Positions 1 through 9,982 of a stretch of DNA of 64,000 nucleotides are shown one piece after another (the first letter of the stretch is position 1; the number at the start of each line of letters is the position of its first letter). The notes under the pieces are model-generated. The model did not search any database. It was not told the origin of the DNA and saw only the letters and a list, made by a program, of their open reading frames with translations. The stretch is from Candidatus Marinacidobacterales bacterium (GTDB taxonomy: Bacteria > Acidobacteriota > Vicinamibacteria > Marinacidobacterales > DATDRI01): NCBI GenBank assembly GCA_965219415.1, contig OZ244742.1:896001-960000 (forward strand), in the 5' to 3' direction. The position numbers were made by a program, and so were the translations under genes.

Positions 1-1
1 C

Positions 2-262
2 ATCGAGGCGTTCCCGGAGCCTCTCCAAGTCCAAGTTTTCGTGGGAGACACGGAGCTCACTCAGATCGACGTGGAGGATCGGTATCCCTTTCTAGTCAAG
101 ATTCCGATCGCCGCCGCAGCACTCGGCGCCGAGGATTGGGTCGACCTTAGAATCGTGAACGGCCAGTCGTTTGTTCCTTCGGAAATTGGAATGGGCGGAG
201 ATCCGCGGCAGCTCGGCCTACGGGTTTACCACCTCTATATCGATCCGCAGCCCGGAACTTAG
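2..262 (+). CDS. C-terminal part of a hypothetical protein (gene begins before the window)
   Basis: Frame is open from base 2 (IEAFPEPLQVQVFVGDTELT...) to TAG at 260-262; beta-strand-like sequence ending GDPRQLGLRVYHLY. Confidence 0.7.
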   Translation: MEAFPEPLQVQVFVGDTELTQIDVEDRYPFLVKIPIAAAALGAEDWVDLRIVNGQSFVPSEIGMGGDPRQLGLRVYHLYIDPQPGT

Positions 263-317
263 GCCCCAAGGCGCCGTCTGGCCGTCCCTCCTCTCCTCGT
301 GGCGCTGAGCGGTTCGA

Positions 318-490
318 CCGTCAATCACGGGGATCTTGTCTAGCAACTTGCCCAGACACCGGCAAGCCGTCAGCCGACGTCGATCTTTCTTAGCTACCTA
401 TTCTGTTCGATTTCGGCCGTCAATCAACGGGGATCGTATCTAGCGGCTTGGCCAGACGGCCCTCGTCAGGCAAGCAGCCGTCAGACGGCG
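318..490. repeat. Two imperfect direct repeats of about 60-70 nt, 99 nt apart, in a non-coding region
   Basis: CCGTCAATCACGGGGATCTTGTCTAGCAACTTGCCCAGAC (from 318) versus CCGTCAATCAACGGGGATCGTATCTAGCGGCTTGGCCAGAC (from 417); both are followed by GGCAAGC...CGTCAG. Confidence 0.8.
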
Positions 491-911
491 GTCACCCTTC
501 CCAAATTGTCTCGTATTACCCCCATACCATCGTGGTGTTTCCACTACACGAGTGGCAGAGAGTGCTAGCACTGCACGTCACTCAGTTGGATTCCTGAGCA
601 CGCCAACAGATCGTTTGCCCGCTGGCGATCGATAAATCGTCTTAGCTTAGGAACACGATCTGAGCTACCGCTTCAACTGCTCGGTCATCTTTTCTCTGGC
701 ACCGTTTTTGCGGCTCATACTAGCGAGGCGACACCTAGTAAGAACCCACCCGGGTTCGGCGATCCGAAATAATCACGCCCGCACCCAACGGTTAGAAGCC
801 TTCGTCTTCTTTCTAAGGTTTTCCTTAAAAACACAGGGGAACTCGGGAGGATCCGAAGGTCTCCCGCGATTTCCAGAATGTGGACCCTTCGGTCAAGGGA
901 GGAGTCTCGCC

Positions 912-1469
912 ATGAAGACGAGAATCGGACATTACGGCGCGGCGGGTTTGTTGCTCATGTTGATGGTACTCGTCTCTCATGGCCCGGTGAAAGCCGAGCA
1001 GGGCAAGTTGTTGAATCGCAGCATGTATATACCCGTTTTCCTTCGGGTGTGTGAACACCTTACCGAGGCGACCCTGTACATCGGCGATCAGCGGGTGGGG
1101 GCTCTCCCCATCGAGCGGATCTTCCTTTTCACCTACTATCCGAACCTCAAGCAAATCCTACCGAAAGCCACTGAGCTGCGAGTGGAGGGAGTTCGAACCG
1201 ATGACAACAGCCCGTTCATCGGCCGTCTCGCCGTCAATCCCATGGGCATCTTCACCGCAGAAAAGTACATCGAACTGGATTTCGAGCGGGCAAAGAAACA
1301 GCTCACCTACCGGATCGATAGCAGGTACGAGAAGGTTAGCCTTGTCATGCGCTGTGACACCGAGTGTGGACGAGGCAACACGGCCACCACCACCGCTTCG
1401 TTGGATGCCGCGCGATCCCCAGCGGACGAAAAACCGGAAGTGGCTATGCTAAAGGAGGGAAGAAACTGA
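912..1469 (+). CDS. Hypothetical exported protein (about 185 aa)
   Basis: GGGAGGAG RBS before ATG 912; signal peptide MKTRIGHYGAAGLLLMLMVLVSHGPVKA; CxxxC near the C-terminus. Confidence 0.75.
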   Translation: MKTRIGHYGAAGLLLMLMVLVSHGPVKAEQGKLLNRSMYIPVFLRVCEHLTEATLYIGDQRVGALPIERIFLFTYYPNLKQILPKATELRVEGVRTDDNSPFIGRLAVNPMGIFTAEKYIELDFERAKKQLTYRIDSRYEKVSLVMRCDTECGRGNTATTTASLDAARSPADEKPEVAMLKEGRN

Positions 1470-1481
1470 GGCGGGCTCGGT

Positions 1482-2538
1482 TCAAGGATCCTCTTCCTCG
1501 ATATCGAGTGTAATCCGGAGACGTTTTTTCTTTCCTGCCGGGCGCCCTGATAAATCAACTTGGAGCGACTCGCCAACGACATCGCTGGCTCCCGCCAAAC
1601 TCAAGTCCAGAGAGAGTTGCGTGGCGTGCTCCAGGGCAGTTTTCGGCAGTGTCACCTTCAACTCGCGGCTCTCCCCTTCCTCCCTTCGGACAGCGGGAAC
1701 TCGCTTCTTCTTCTTCGCCACTCCTAGAGAGTTTCCCAAAGCCACGTGGCGCAGCTTCTCGAGCTCCCGTTCCACGTCGAGCGGAGATTTGGTCGCAACC
1801 CTCCGCACTGAGCTCGCCGAACCAGCCTGACCGGCCGGAATGGGCGCCGGGGTCGCGTCGAGGCTCGCCGCGAATTCTACCCGCACCTCGTCGGTTCCGC
1901 TCTTGAGCGCCGTGCTGGTCGAGTAAGACGACGTTTGCATGACGGGCTTCGAGGCGGGCTCCCTCGACAAGCCAAAAGCCCCGCCGGTTGGCACCGCGAT
2001 CTGCGGTTTCTCCGCAGGTACATCGCCAGAAATCCTTCGGTGCACGGCGGCGAGTGTCTTCCTTGAGATTGCTTTCAGAGTCTCGAAGACACCAATGCCG
2101 TGCAATGCAGCGGCACCGAAAACCTCGTATCCGTTCGTGTTCAGGCACCGGTTCAACGTTTCGACGGAGTGAATATTACGGATGTCACGCTTATTGAACT
2201 GGAATATAAAAGGAATGTTGTCGAGAGGCTGGTTTAACTCTTCGAGATTTTGCTTGAGGTTCTCGAAACTCTCCAAGTTAGCATCGAGCGCTGGCACCTG
2301 AGAATCAGCGACGAATACGATGCCATCGACTCCTTTGAGCACCAACTTGCGAGTCGTGTTGTAGAAGACCTGCCCGGGTACCGTATAGAGCTGCACGCGT
2401 ACGCGCATGCCGCCGATCGTCCCCACTTCGAGCGGCAACAGATCGAAGAAGAGCGTTCGATCGGCTTCCGTCTCCAAGCTGGCCGTAATAGACGATCTTC
2501 GCCGAGACCTGCATCGTGGTGTAGTTGAAGAAGACCAC
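1482..2538 (-). pseudogene. mglA: MglA-family small GTPase with a long C-terminal extension; P-loop segment missing and frame broken
   Basis: MVFFNYTTMQVSAKIVYYG (GTG 2538) joins out of frame at 2480/2481 to SLETEADRTLFFD...LYTVPGQVFY...LKGVDGIVFVADSQ...NKRD, all MglA signatures; the GxxxxGKT segment is absent. Confidence 0.85.
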
Positions 2539-2714
2539 CGAGTGTTACTCCTTACCCCTTAGATTTCAAATAGACAAAGCCATCTTACCCGCTCCGGCAA
2601 CTCCGCGTCAAGCGGCTGGTTCGGCGGTTTCCCGCGTGGCAGCAGCGTGCCGGGCGTCCAATCCACGCCGTGCCAGTAACCGGAAGTGGCAAGACGCCAT
2701 TACAGAGGCGCGGC

Positions 2715-3263
2715 CTAGAAACGCAGCGTTAGCCCGGTGTAGAATCGCTTCTGGCCCTCTTGGAGGGGATCTCCTTGGAGTTGAATAGTCCGGTAGTCGA
2801 AGCGGAGATTGGTCGGCCCGGTGAGGTGCAAATACACTCCAAACCCCTGTGAGGTAGCCAGCGAGCTTTCCTGAACCTGCAAGAAGGATTGGCGATACAT
2901 GCCGAGCCCCATGACCAGATAAGGACGCAAGCGCAGGACCGATATCGGAGAAACGAACAACAAATTGCCACTCCAAGTGGTCAAGGACGGTGAACGGTCT
3001 TCCTCGCTTGCTCGCGAGTATTCTCCTTCCACGGAGATGATCTCCGTGAAGATCGGCAGAGATAAACCGAAGCCGATCCCCGGGCGACCGTTGGGTGAAG
3101 CTCGTTGTATGAAACCGGTTACGCCACCGGCCTCCACCGCTGGAACGGCTAAGATTGTGACGAACATACTTAGAAGGCCGAGAAGGCAGTGGAGTGCGAT
3201 TCTCCTGCCACGTCGAGTCGGTGGAGAACGGAGTACCGATGGCGAATGATCCATGGTCTTCAT
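2715..3263 (-). CDS. Small outer-membrane beta-barrel protein
   Basis: Signal peptide ending VEA, alternating amphipathic strands, RPYL..G.G motif, C-terminal Phe (TGLTLRF). Confidence 0.75.
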   Translation of the reverse strand: MKTMDHSPSVLRSPPTRRGRRIALHCLLGLLSMFVTILAVPAVEAGGVTGFIQRASPNGRPGIGFGLSLPIFTEIISVEGEYSRASEEDRSPSLTTWSGNLLFVSPISVLRLRPYLVMGLGMYRQSFLQVQESSLATSQGFGVYLHLTGPTNLRFDYRTIQLQGDPLQEGQKRFYTGLTLRF

Positions 3264-3267
3264 ACTG

Positions 3268-3645
3268 TCAGACCCGGCTGAGCAAGACGGTCGCGATGGC
3301 CAAGTCCCCGGAGACCGCTACAGAGACCGCGTAGCACTCCGCTCCCTTCCGCCTCGCCACCGCGAGGGCTCGACCAGAAAGAAGCGCTTCGACCGGTCCT
3401 TCCGTCGCCCCATCGGTTCGAATCTCCTTCCATCCGACACCGCGCATCCCTGTCCCGAGCGCCTTCATGACCGCCTCCTTAATCGCGAAAACCTCTGAGA
3501 GCTTGATGACCGGCTGCGCGCTTCGGAGCACCGCTTCCGACTCCGCCGCCACGCAAACTCGGCGTACCAACCTTTCGCCGCGCCGAGTATACACACCTGA
3601 CATGCGTGACGTTTCCACCAGATCGACGCCCACCCCACAGATCAA
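3268..3645 (-). CDS. acpS: Holo-[acyl-carrier-protein] synthase
   Basis: GVGVDLVE and FAIKEAVMKALGTG motifs; 125 aa. Confidence 0.9.
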   Translation of the reverse strand: MICGVGVDLVETSRMSGVYTRRGERLVRRVCVAAESEAVLRSAQPVIKLSEVFAIKEAVMKALGTGMRGVGWKEIRTDGATEGPVEALLSGRALAVARRKGAECYAVSVAVSGDLAIATVLLSRV

Positions 3646-3775
3646 CGACGGTTACCTCCGCGTGTAGGGGCCACATTGTACCTTGAGGCGCCCCCAGAGT
3701 TGATGGGTAAGCGGGCTCATGCAAGGACAATCGCTTCGAGGTAGAATGGGGAATCGAACCGAGAGGTAGAGACGA

Positions 3776-4513
3776 ATGGAAAATGTAAGCTTGGTCACTG
3801 CTTTCCTGGCGGGCATCATTTCATTCATCTCCCCTTGTGTTCTCCCCATCGTACCCGGCTACATCTCGTTCGTGTCCGGCGTCTCACTTCAAGAGCTCAA
3901 GGACAACGTTGATCTCGGCGAAGAAGAAAGACGGCGCCTCCTTCGGCAGGTCGGCCTCAACAGCGTGTTCTTCGTTCTTGGCTTCTCGGTCGTCTTCATC
4001 GTTATGGGAGCATCGGCAACCTATATCGGGAACTGGTTCGCCGCAAACCGCACGGTGCTGGCTCGGGTGGCGGGCGCGGTGATCATTATCTTCGGCCTCC
4101 ACACCATGGGGCTCACTCCGATCAAATGGCTCAACTACGAGAAGCGCTTTCAGGCGCAAAACAAGCCGGTGGGGTTCGCGGGCTCCTTTCTGATCGGACT
4201 AGCATTCGCCTTCGGCTGGTCGCCGTGTATCGGCCCTATTTTGGCGGGCGTCCTCGCGCTGGCAGCTACGCAAGATACTGTTGGGCAAGGAGTGGGGCTG
4301 CTGGCCGCCTACTCGCTCGGCCTCGGGGTGCCCTTCATCGCTACCGGCCTCGCCACGAACCGTTTCCTCGATCTCTTCGGCCGCGTCAAGAAACACATGC
4401 GTTTCGTCGAAATTACGGCGGGAGTGCTATTGGTCGTCGTCGGGGTCCTCGTGGCCACGGATAAGCTTCAAGCCCTGTCACGCTACTTCACTTTCCTCCC
4501 TGTGCTCGGTTAG
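3776..4513 (+). CDS. ccdA: Cytochrome c biogenesis protein CcdA (DsbD transmembrane domain)
   Basis: SFISPCVLPIVPGY and WSPCIGPIL motifs; six hydrophobic helices. Confidence 0.92.
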   Translation: MENVSLVTAFLAGIISFISPCVLPIVPGYISFVSGVSLQELKDNVDLGEEERRRLLRQVGLNSVFFVLGFSVVFIVMGASATYIGNWFAANRTVLARVAGAVIIIFGLHTMGLTPIKWLNYEKRFQAQNKPVGFAGSFLIGLAFAFGWSPCIGPILAGVLALAATQDTVGQGVGLLAAYSLGLGVPFIATGLATNRFLDLFGRVKKHMRFVEITAGVLLVVVGVLVATDKLQALSRYFTFLPVLG

Positions 4514-4620
4514 ACAGGGCGGGCTCCTCCCCGTGCCCCCATGCTATGATCCAGTCTCCCGACGACACTTTCGCACGGGTTAGATCCGTTCGGTTTTCTC
4601 GCCGGGAGAAAGGCACTTAC

Positions 4621-5040
4621 ATGCGCGTCGCTCTCTCCATTCCCCTGATCGCGCTAGCAAGCGTTGGAACATTCGCCCATACGAGCGAACAGGAGCGAGG
4701 TGATTCCGGCAGCAAGTGGGAAGCACCGGAGGAAGCCAAAGCCGAGCCGAACCCGTTGCCGTCTACCGCGGAAATCCTGGGCGAGGGCTCGACCCTCTAC
4801 AAGAAGAACTGCGAGATGTGCCATGGCCCTACCGGCAAAGGCGATGGGCCCGCGACGCAATTCATCAAGCCGGCGCCGCACGACATCAGTACACCGGAAG
4901 TGCAATCAGAAATGGCGGACGGGGGTATTTTTTGGAAGTTGACCATCGGGAAAAAACCGATGCCTCCATTCGGCAAGAAACTCTCCGACCATGAACGGTG
5001 GGCGCTCGTGCACTACGTGAGAAGTCTGAAGGTCGATTGA
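4621..5040 (+). CDS. Monoheme c-type cytochrome
   Basis: Signal peptide from ATG 4621, CEMCHG heme-binding motif, distal MPPF methionine, W.LVHYVRSL terminal helix. Confidence 0.9.
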   Translation: MRVALSIPLIALASVGTFAHTSEQERGDSGSKWEAPEEAKAEPNPLPSTAEILGEGSTLYKKNCEMCHGPTGKGDGPATQFIKPAPHDISTPEVQSEMADGGIFWKLTIGKKPMPPFGKKLSDHERWALVHYVRSLKVD

Positions 5041-5058
5041 ATGTCGGTACGATGCTTC

Positions 5059-5730
5059 TCAGCCGATGACTTTGCCGGTGCGGCCCCACCGCGTATCTCG
5101 GAAGAAGCGCGTGAACATGCCACCCAGGTGATCGGTGAAGCCGATGGCGGAAGGCTCCCCCCTTGCCACGTCGATCGACCACCATACGAAGAGTGGCTTG
5201 CCAACGATCTTATCTCGCGCGAGGAATCCCCAGAAGCGACTGTCATAACTTCGATCCCGATTATCTCCGAGAACAAAAAAATGACTCGCAGGTACGGTGG
5301 CCGCCCGGTAGTTGTCGCGCGGACTCAAATCTCTTCTGGCCGGCTCTTTGAAAACCGCATAAGGCTCATCGAGTGGCGCCCCATCGATGAAAACTTGTTT
5401 CTCCAGGATCTCGACGGTTTCACCGGGCAGAGCCACGACCCGTTTGACGTAGTAGGCGGGTTCGGAAGCGGCTTCCCAGTGCTTGAACACGACGACATCC
5501 CTCCGGGCGACTTCGGCGAAGGGAAGGTACCTAACGGGCTCTTGGCCTCCATACCACCGAAACGCGAACTTATTGATGAGGAGGTGATCGCCCGGCAACA
5601 AGGTGTCCTCCATGCTTCCGGTCGGGATCTGCACCGCCTCCCCCAAGAAGGCTCTAATGAAAAGAACGACCACTACCGAGAGAAGAAGCGACTCGAGGTA
5701 CTGGCGGAATGTCGACTTGCGGCGCATCAA
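5059..5730 (-). CDS. lepB: Signal peptidase I
   Basis: IPTGSMEDTL (catalytic Ser), YVKRVVALPGE (catalytic Lys), GDNRDRSYDSRFWG. Confidence 0.93.
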   Translation of the reverse strand: MMRRKSTFRQYLESLLLSVVVVLFIRAFLGEAVQIPTGSMEDTLLPGDHLLINKFAFRWYGGQEPVRYLPFAEVARRDVVVFKHWEAASEPAYYVKRVVALPGETVEILEKQVFIDGAPLDEPYAVFKEPARRDLSPRDNYRAATVPASHFFVLGDNRDRSYDSRFWGFLARDKIVGKPLFVWWSIDVARGEPSAIGFTDHLGGMFTRFFRDTRWGRTGKVIG

Positions 5731-5821
5731 TCTGCGGAGAGCCTAGCCGTTCGCCCTTGGAAAATCAACGCCCCGCGAACACGGGCGAACGCCTCACCCG
5801 ACACTCGAGAGGAGCACAATT

Positions 5822-6343
5822 ATGCGAGCCGCTAATTGGCTGGCCGCGGTTGGACTCGCCGCGGTAGCCTGTCAGTCCTGTCAAGCCCCCCCGGTCGATG
5901 AGAAACCCCGGCCCGCCCCCGATGTCGTCTTGGAGAGGCTCAACGACACCGGAACTCTGTCGTTGGCAGATCATAAGGGCGCGGTGGTGTTAGTAGACCT
6001 CTGGGCCACATGGTGTGCTCCCTGTCTGGCCGAGCTGCCCCATCTTCAAGAGCTCGCCGATTCGTTCGATCCGACCGAGTTCCTCATGCTGGGGATTGTG
6101 CTGGAATCAGGAGACAAGGACGACATCGAGGAGTTTCTCAGAGAGCAGGGCGTTACTTACCCCAACCTACTCGGAGAGGACGGTACGAAGGAGGCCTTCG
6201 GAACCTTTCTCGGCTATCCCACCAAGTATTTGATCGGAAGAGATGGTTACATCGTCAAGAAATACTTTGGGCTCGTGGGCGATCGAGTCAGAGAGGACGT
6301 GGAGCGTTTCGTGCGTACCGGCTCGTTGGAGTCGAGCAATTAA
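5822..6343 (+). CDS. TlpA/ResA-family thiol-disulfide oxidoreductase lipoprotein
   Basis: Lipobox AVAC, WATWCAPC active site, GYPT cis-Pro loop. Confidence 0.9.
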   Translation: MRAANWLAAVGLAAVACQSCQAPPVDEKPRPAPDVVLERLNDTGTLSLADHKGAVVLVDLWATWCAPCLAELPHLQELADSFDPTEFLMLGIVLESGDKDDIEEFLREQGVTYPNLLGEDGTKEAFGTFLGYPTKYLIGRDGYIVKKYFGLVGDRVREDVERFVRTGSLESSN

Positions 6344-6409
6344 GTCTGCTCACAAAGTCACCCGCCCATGGTGCGATCGCCACGCCGAGACGCCATCCGC
6401 TTGCACGAA

Positions 6410-6438
6410 TTGACACGTTTTCGAGGGCAAGGTATCAT
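6410..6438 (+). promoter_or_regulatory. Sigma70-type promoter upstream of the bactofilin gene
   Basis: TTGACA (6410-6415), 17-nt spacer, TATCAT (6433-6438). Confidence 0.6.
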
Positions 6439-6540
6439 TTTTTGTCATAGCGCTCGCAAAGCGCGCAATGATATCAATAGGGTTCTTGGTCCCGTCTCTC
6501 GTGCAGGGATTCTGTCGACCAACCCTTCCGGAGTGTACCC

Positions 6541-6876
6541 GTGGACGGCGGTAAAGGAACCCTTCTCGACCGGAACGCCCGCTTCGAAGGCAAGCTCGAG
6601 GGCGGCAACATCACGCTCCGCGGACGATTCAAAGGGGATCTCCGGGCCTCGGGTGTGCTACGTATCGTGGACGGATCCGACATCGAAGCCAACATCAAGG
6701 CCAACCGGGTGGAAATCGATGGCCGATTCCAGGGAGAGGTGCAGGCCGATTCGCTCCAACTCTTGGAGCAGGGACGTGCTTCCGGTACTTTTCGCGCCAA
6801 GAAGCTCACCGTCAAAGAAGGAGCGACCCTGGACGGTGAGGTGGAGGTTGGTGAGTCGGGCAAGAAGGAAAGCTAA
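6541..6876 (+). CDS. Bactofilin (polymer-forming cytoskeletal protein)
   Basis: Beta-helix repeats FEGKL..., LRGRFKGDL, IEANIKANRVEIDGRFQGEV, LTVKEGATLDG; GGAG RBS before GTG. Confidence 0.88.
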   Translation: MDGGKGTLLDRNARFEGKLEGGNITLRGRFKGDLRASGVLRIVDGSDIEANIKANRVEIDGRFQGEVQADSLQLLEQGRASGTFRAKKLTVKEGATLDGEVEVGESGKKES

Positions 6877-6947
6877 GGGCGGGTCCTTAAAGCAACCGGG
6901 AATTCTCACGTTCGCGTCCCCCCCTGGCTTCGTGACGGGGGTTGGAT

Positions 6948-7160
6948 ATGAGCCTCAGCGACGAAGCTCACGACGATGAGCTCGAAAACCCATCGTCCGG
7001 CGTTGAGACAATCCGAACCGGGATGCTTATTCTTTGTTGCCCTGGTTGCAGACGCTCGGTCAAGGTTTTCGGGAGAGTCCGTCGTGTCCTCTGTGCTTGC
7101 GGTCAAGTGCTTCTTGAGGTTCCGGCTACGCACCGAGGCGTAGCGCAGGAGCGCCAATAG
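6948..7160 (+). CDS. Small hypothetical protein, possible zinc ribbon
   Basis: CCPGC ... CACG pattern; fits co-directionally between two neighbouring genes. Confidence 0.45.
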   Translation: MSLSDEAHDDELENPSSGVETIRTGMLILCCPGCRRSVKVFGRVRRVLCACGQVLLEVPATHRGVAQERQ

Positions 7161-7175
7161 CGAGAAAGGTGAATC

Positions 7176-7598
7176 GTGGCGAGGAAAACGAAGAAAGCGA
7201 CCCGTAGCAAAGCTAGCCGTAAGAGCAAACCTGCAGCCCCGCCGAACCGCGCCAAGTCCGTAGAGATTGTGTTTTCCTACGGAGAGGTCGATTTTCTCCG
7301 GAAGATTACGAAGCGGGAATTCGAGCCAGCCTCAGCCAAGGAACGGGCCGCGCGGCTCTCGCTCCGAGATAAATTGTTGGACATCGACTTCAGCCGTCCC
7401 ACCGCAGGCGGCGGTGGCCTTATCGTCCTCGAGGTGGAGCAACCGGAGGTTGCGCTGCTTCAGCACGTAACCAAGGAAGTCTACAGTTTCATCACCGGCG
7501 AGGAGCGACGCGCCCGCTTGATCCTTCGAGAAAAGATTTTGATCGCCGCCGAAAAAGCGGGCAGCGGGAAAAAAGGGCGCCGCGAGAAAACTTCCTAA
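7176..7598 (+). CDS. Hypothetical basic protein with an internally duplicated ~40-aa unit
   Basis: GAAAGGTG RBS; Lys/Arg-rich N-terminus; two similar units ending ERAARLSLRDKLL and ERRARLILREKIL. Confidence 0.75.
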   Translation: MARKTKKATRSKASRKSKPAAPPNRAKSVEIVFSYGEVDFLRKITKREFEPASAKERAARLSLRDKLLDIDFSRPTAGGGGLIVLEVEQPEVALLQHVTKEVYSFITGEERRARLILREKILIAAEKAGSGKKGRREKTS

Positions 7599-7605
7599 CC
7601 GACGA

Positions 7606-8501
7606 TCAGTTCAGCTGCAGCACGAGATCTTCATCCAACCGCACATTGATTTCCGAACCCACCGGAATTCGGATCTCCTCGCCCTTGGTGGTCAAGACCA
7701 CGCCCGTCCCACCCGCGCCACCGATGCCGGCTCCTATGGCGGCACCTTTCTTCCCGCCCAGGATTCCGCCGATGAGGGCACCGACACCCGCCGCTCCGCC
7801 GATAATCCCAGCGTCCTTTTTCTTTCGGGACGCCGCCTCCTTCTCGACAAACGTCGTCCGAATCTCCTTGACCCCAGTTTGCGTACTCAGACGATCGAAG
7901 GTGAAGCCGATGCTCGCCTTTCCTTTTACTTTGCCCGAAGCCTTGACTGCGGTGACTCTCCCCTCGACATAACTTCCTTCGGCTAGCACCGGCTCGCCCT
8001 TTACGTAAATAGGAGAAATTGTGCGCGCCTGGATCTCGTCCCCCACCTGGTTGACCGAAGTGTCGAGCGAGGTCAGAAGCTCGAGCTCCAAGATCGATCC
8101 CGCCGGAACGTTCACTTCAATGATTTTGGGTTCCTCCGGAGCTGCCGGCGGCTCGGGAGTCGGCGCGACTTCTTCCAGCTTTGACTCTGCAGCACGAACC
8201 CCTGGCTTGGAAGGAACCGGCGTCAGCTTCGGTTCCGGCACTGTCGGGGATGACGATGCCGCGGGCCGACTCAGCGTCGATGCTCGCGATCGATCTTCTT
8301 CTCGAACTTCGTCCTGAACAGGGTCGATCGGCTGCACCGGGTGGTCCCTTGGCTCTTCGTTCTGAGCAGATCCTGCGCCTATGGTCGGCGCCCGGAGTCC
8401 ATGGGTTCGGGTTCGTTGTTGCCTCGTTTGCAGGCACTCACACTTAGCGCGAGAACCAGCAAGATTCCTAGTACGTCAAACGAGCGGCTTCCTGATGACA
8501 T
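7606..8501 (-). CDS. Lipoprotein with Pro-rich linker and TrbI/VirB10-like beta domain with glycine zipper; one frameshift near 8391
   Basis: ATG 8501 gives MSSGSRSFDVLGILLVLALSVSAC (lipobox); adding one G to the G3 run at 8391-8393 joins it to ORF 7606..8337 with GAAGVGALIGGILGGKKGAAIGAGIGG. Confidence 0.75.
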
Positions 8502-8598
8502 CGTGCATCCCCCATTGTCGTTGATTGTGATTGATTAAACGGCGCTTCGAGCCCTCCAACGCATTCTCCGCCGCTCTCCGCCGACGATCAAATCAATT

Positions 8599-9982
8599 GG
8601 GTCTACGCGGATTCGTGTGGGTTGAAAACTGCATTTCTGGGTAATGGCGGAAGGAAAGTCGCCACGATCTTCAGCTTGAGATATTCCTCGTCGCGATAGC
8701 CGTAGGCGCGTCGTTGCAGAACACGGATTTTGTTGTTGACCCCTTCAACTAGGCCGAGACTGACTTTGTTCTCCGGATGACAGTAGGAGGCGATACCATC
8801 CCAATGGGACTCAATCATACCGGCGAACTTCTGGTACGGATGCAGGCGTTGCCATTTGAGGCTGTCTTTCCAACGAGTGAAAAAGGCGCGAGCGCCGCGT
8901 TCGGTGCGGTAATCCCAGAGTTGCCCGAAGACCTCCTTCAAAATATAGGCGGTGTTCAGGCGCCGGTTGGCCTGGAGCAACTTTTTGAGTGCGCGGCGAC
9001 CGTCTAGGCTCAGGTTCTCCCGCCGGGAAAGCAAAGTGTAACGCTGCCCCTTGATGTACGACCGGTCCTTGCCGCTGAGGCGTTTGTACTCACCGCGCCG
9101 GACCTCATCGAAGGCCTTTGACAGATGACGCATGATATGAAACTTGTCGAAGATGATCCGCGCATTAGGCGCGTTGTGAATCACCGAGTTCCGGAAGGGC
9201 TTCCACGTATCCATGGCGGCCAGCTTGATACGGGCGCTTTTCTTTCCGCCCGGCGCCTTGAAGAACAAATCGATGTCGGTTTCTTTGCGACCCTCACCGC
9301 CCACCCAGATGGGACGCGCCCGCTCCAGGTCGCTGACAATGACGCGATAGTTATGTCCCTTGCGGATGGAGATCTCATCGACACCGATGGCCCGAGGCGC
9401 CGGTAGCCCCGCCCGGTCGACCTGCTCTTGCATGTAGAGCGTATCCAGAGCCTTCACCGTACCGTGGTGCAGACGTTCCATCTCGGCCACCGCCTTGTTC
9501 GGCATATCCCGGCACAGCTTGCCCACATGCGTCGCAAAACGCTGGGTGTAGCGCGAGTTGTTCGCCAGCCAGTCTAGGTGTTCTACATGCACACCGCCGC
9601 ACCCAGAACAGTTGACGCGCCAACGCTCGTATTCCAGATAGATCCGCCAGCCTGCCAACGACAGGTCGCGGACCCGGCACACTTGCTTGTCATAGCGCCC
9701 CCGGCACCGTTGCCCACAGTAAGAGCACACAGCTGTTTTTTTCGCCTCTTGAGCTGGATGACGCGGGCGTATCGGTCACCGAATAGACCCTTCAATCCGG
9801 CACCAACCACGAAACCTGGCAGCGCAAACAGCGAGCGGATCGACTGGGAATTTTTCACTCGGCTAGCCTATCCTAAAAATGGACCACTTTTCAGCACCTG
9901 ATGAAGTACTCGATACCTTTTCCACACAATGAGTTACACTGTTTTTCCGTCAGAACTTACCCACACGAATCCGCGTAAACCC
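8599..9982 (-). mobile_element. ISL3-family insertion sequence, 1384 bp
   Basis: 24-bp terminal inverted repeats GGGT(C/T)TACGCGGATTCGTGTGGGT at 8599-8622 and 9959-9982; 8-bp direct repeat AATCAATT at 8591-8598 and 9983-9990. Confidence 0.95.
8603..9858 (-). CDS. ISL3 DDE transposase, two overlapping ORFs joined by a -1 frameshift
   Basis: Zinc finger CSYCG/CSGCG, IGVDE, AMD, DKFHIM, VEGVNNKIRVLQRRAYGYRD; A AAA AAC heptamer at about 9735-9742. Confidence 0.93.

Noticed and set aside
408-470. Hammerhead-like core on the minus strand (CTGACGA-GGGCCGTC...GACGGCC-GAAA)
   Set aside because: Stem II needs a bulge and I could not build convincing stems I and III around an NUH site; the other repeat copy lacks the motif.
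318-490. CRISPR array
   Set aside because: Only two diverged copies, too long, and no cas genes in the window.
5041-5835. 264-aa plus-strand ORF
   Set aside because: Antisense shadow of lepB, typical of high-GC DNA; no motifs.
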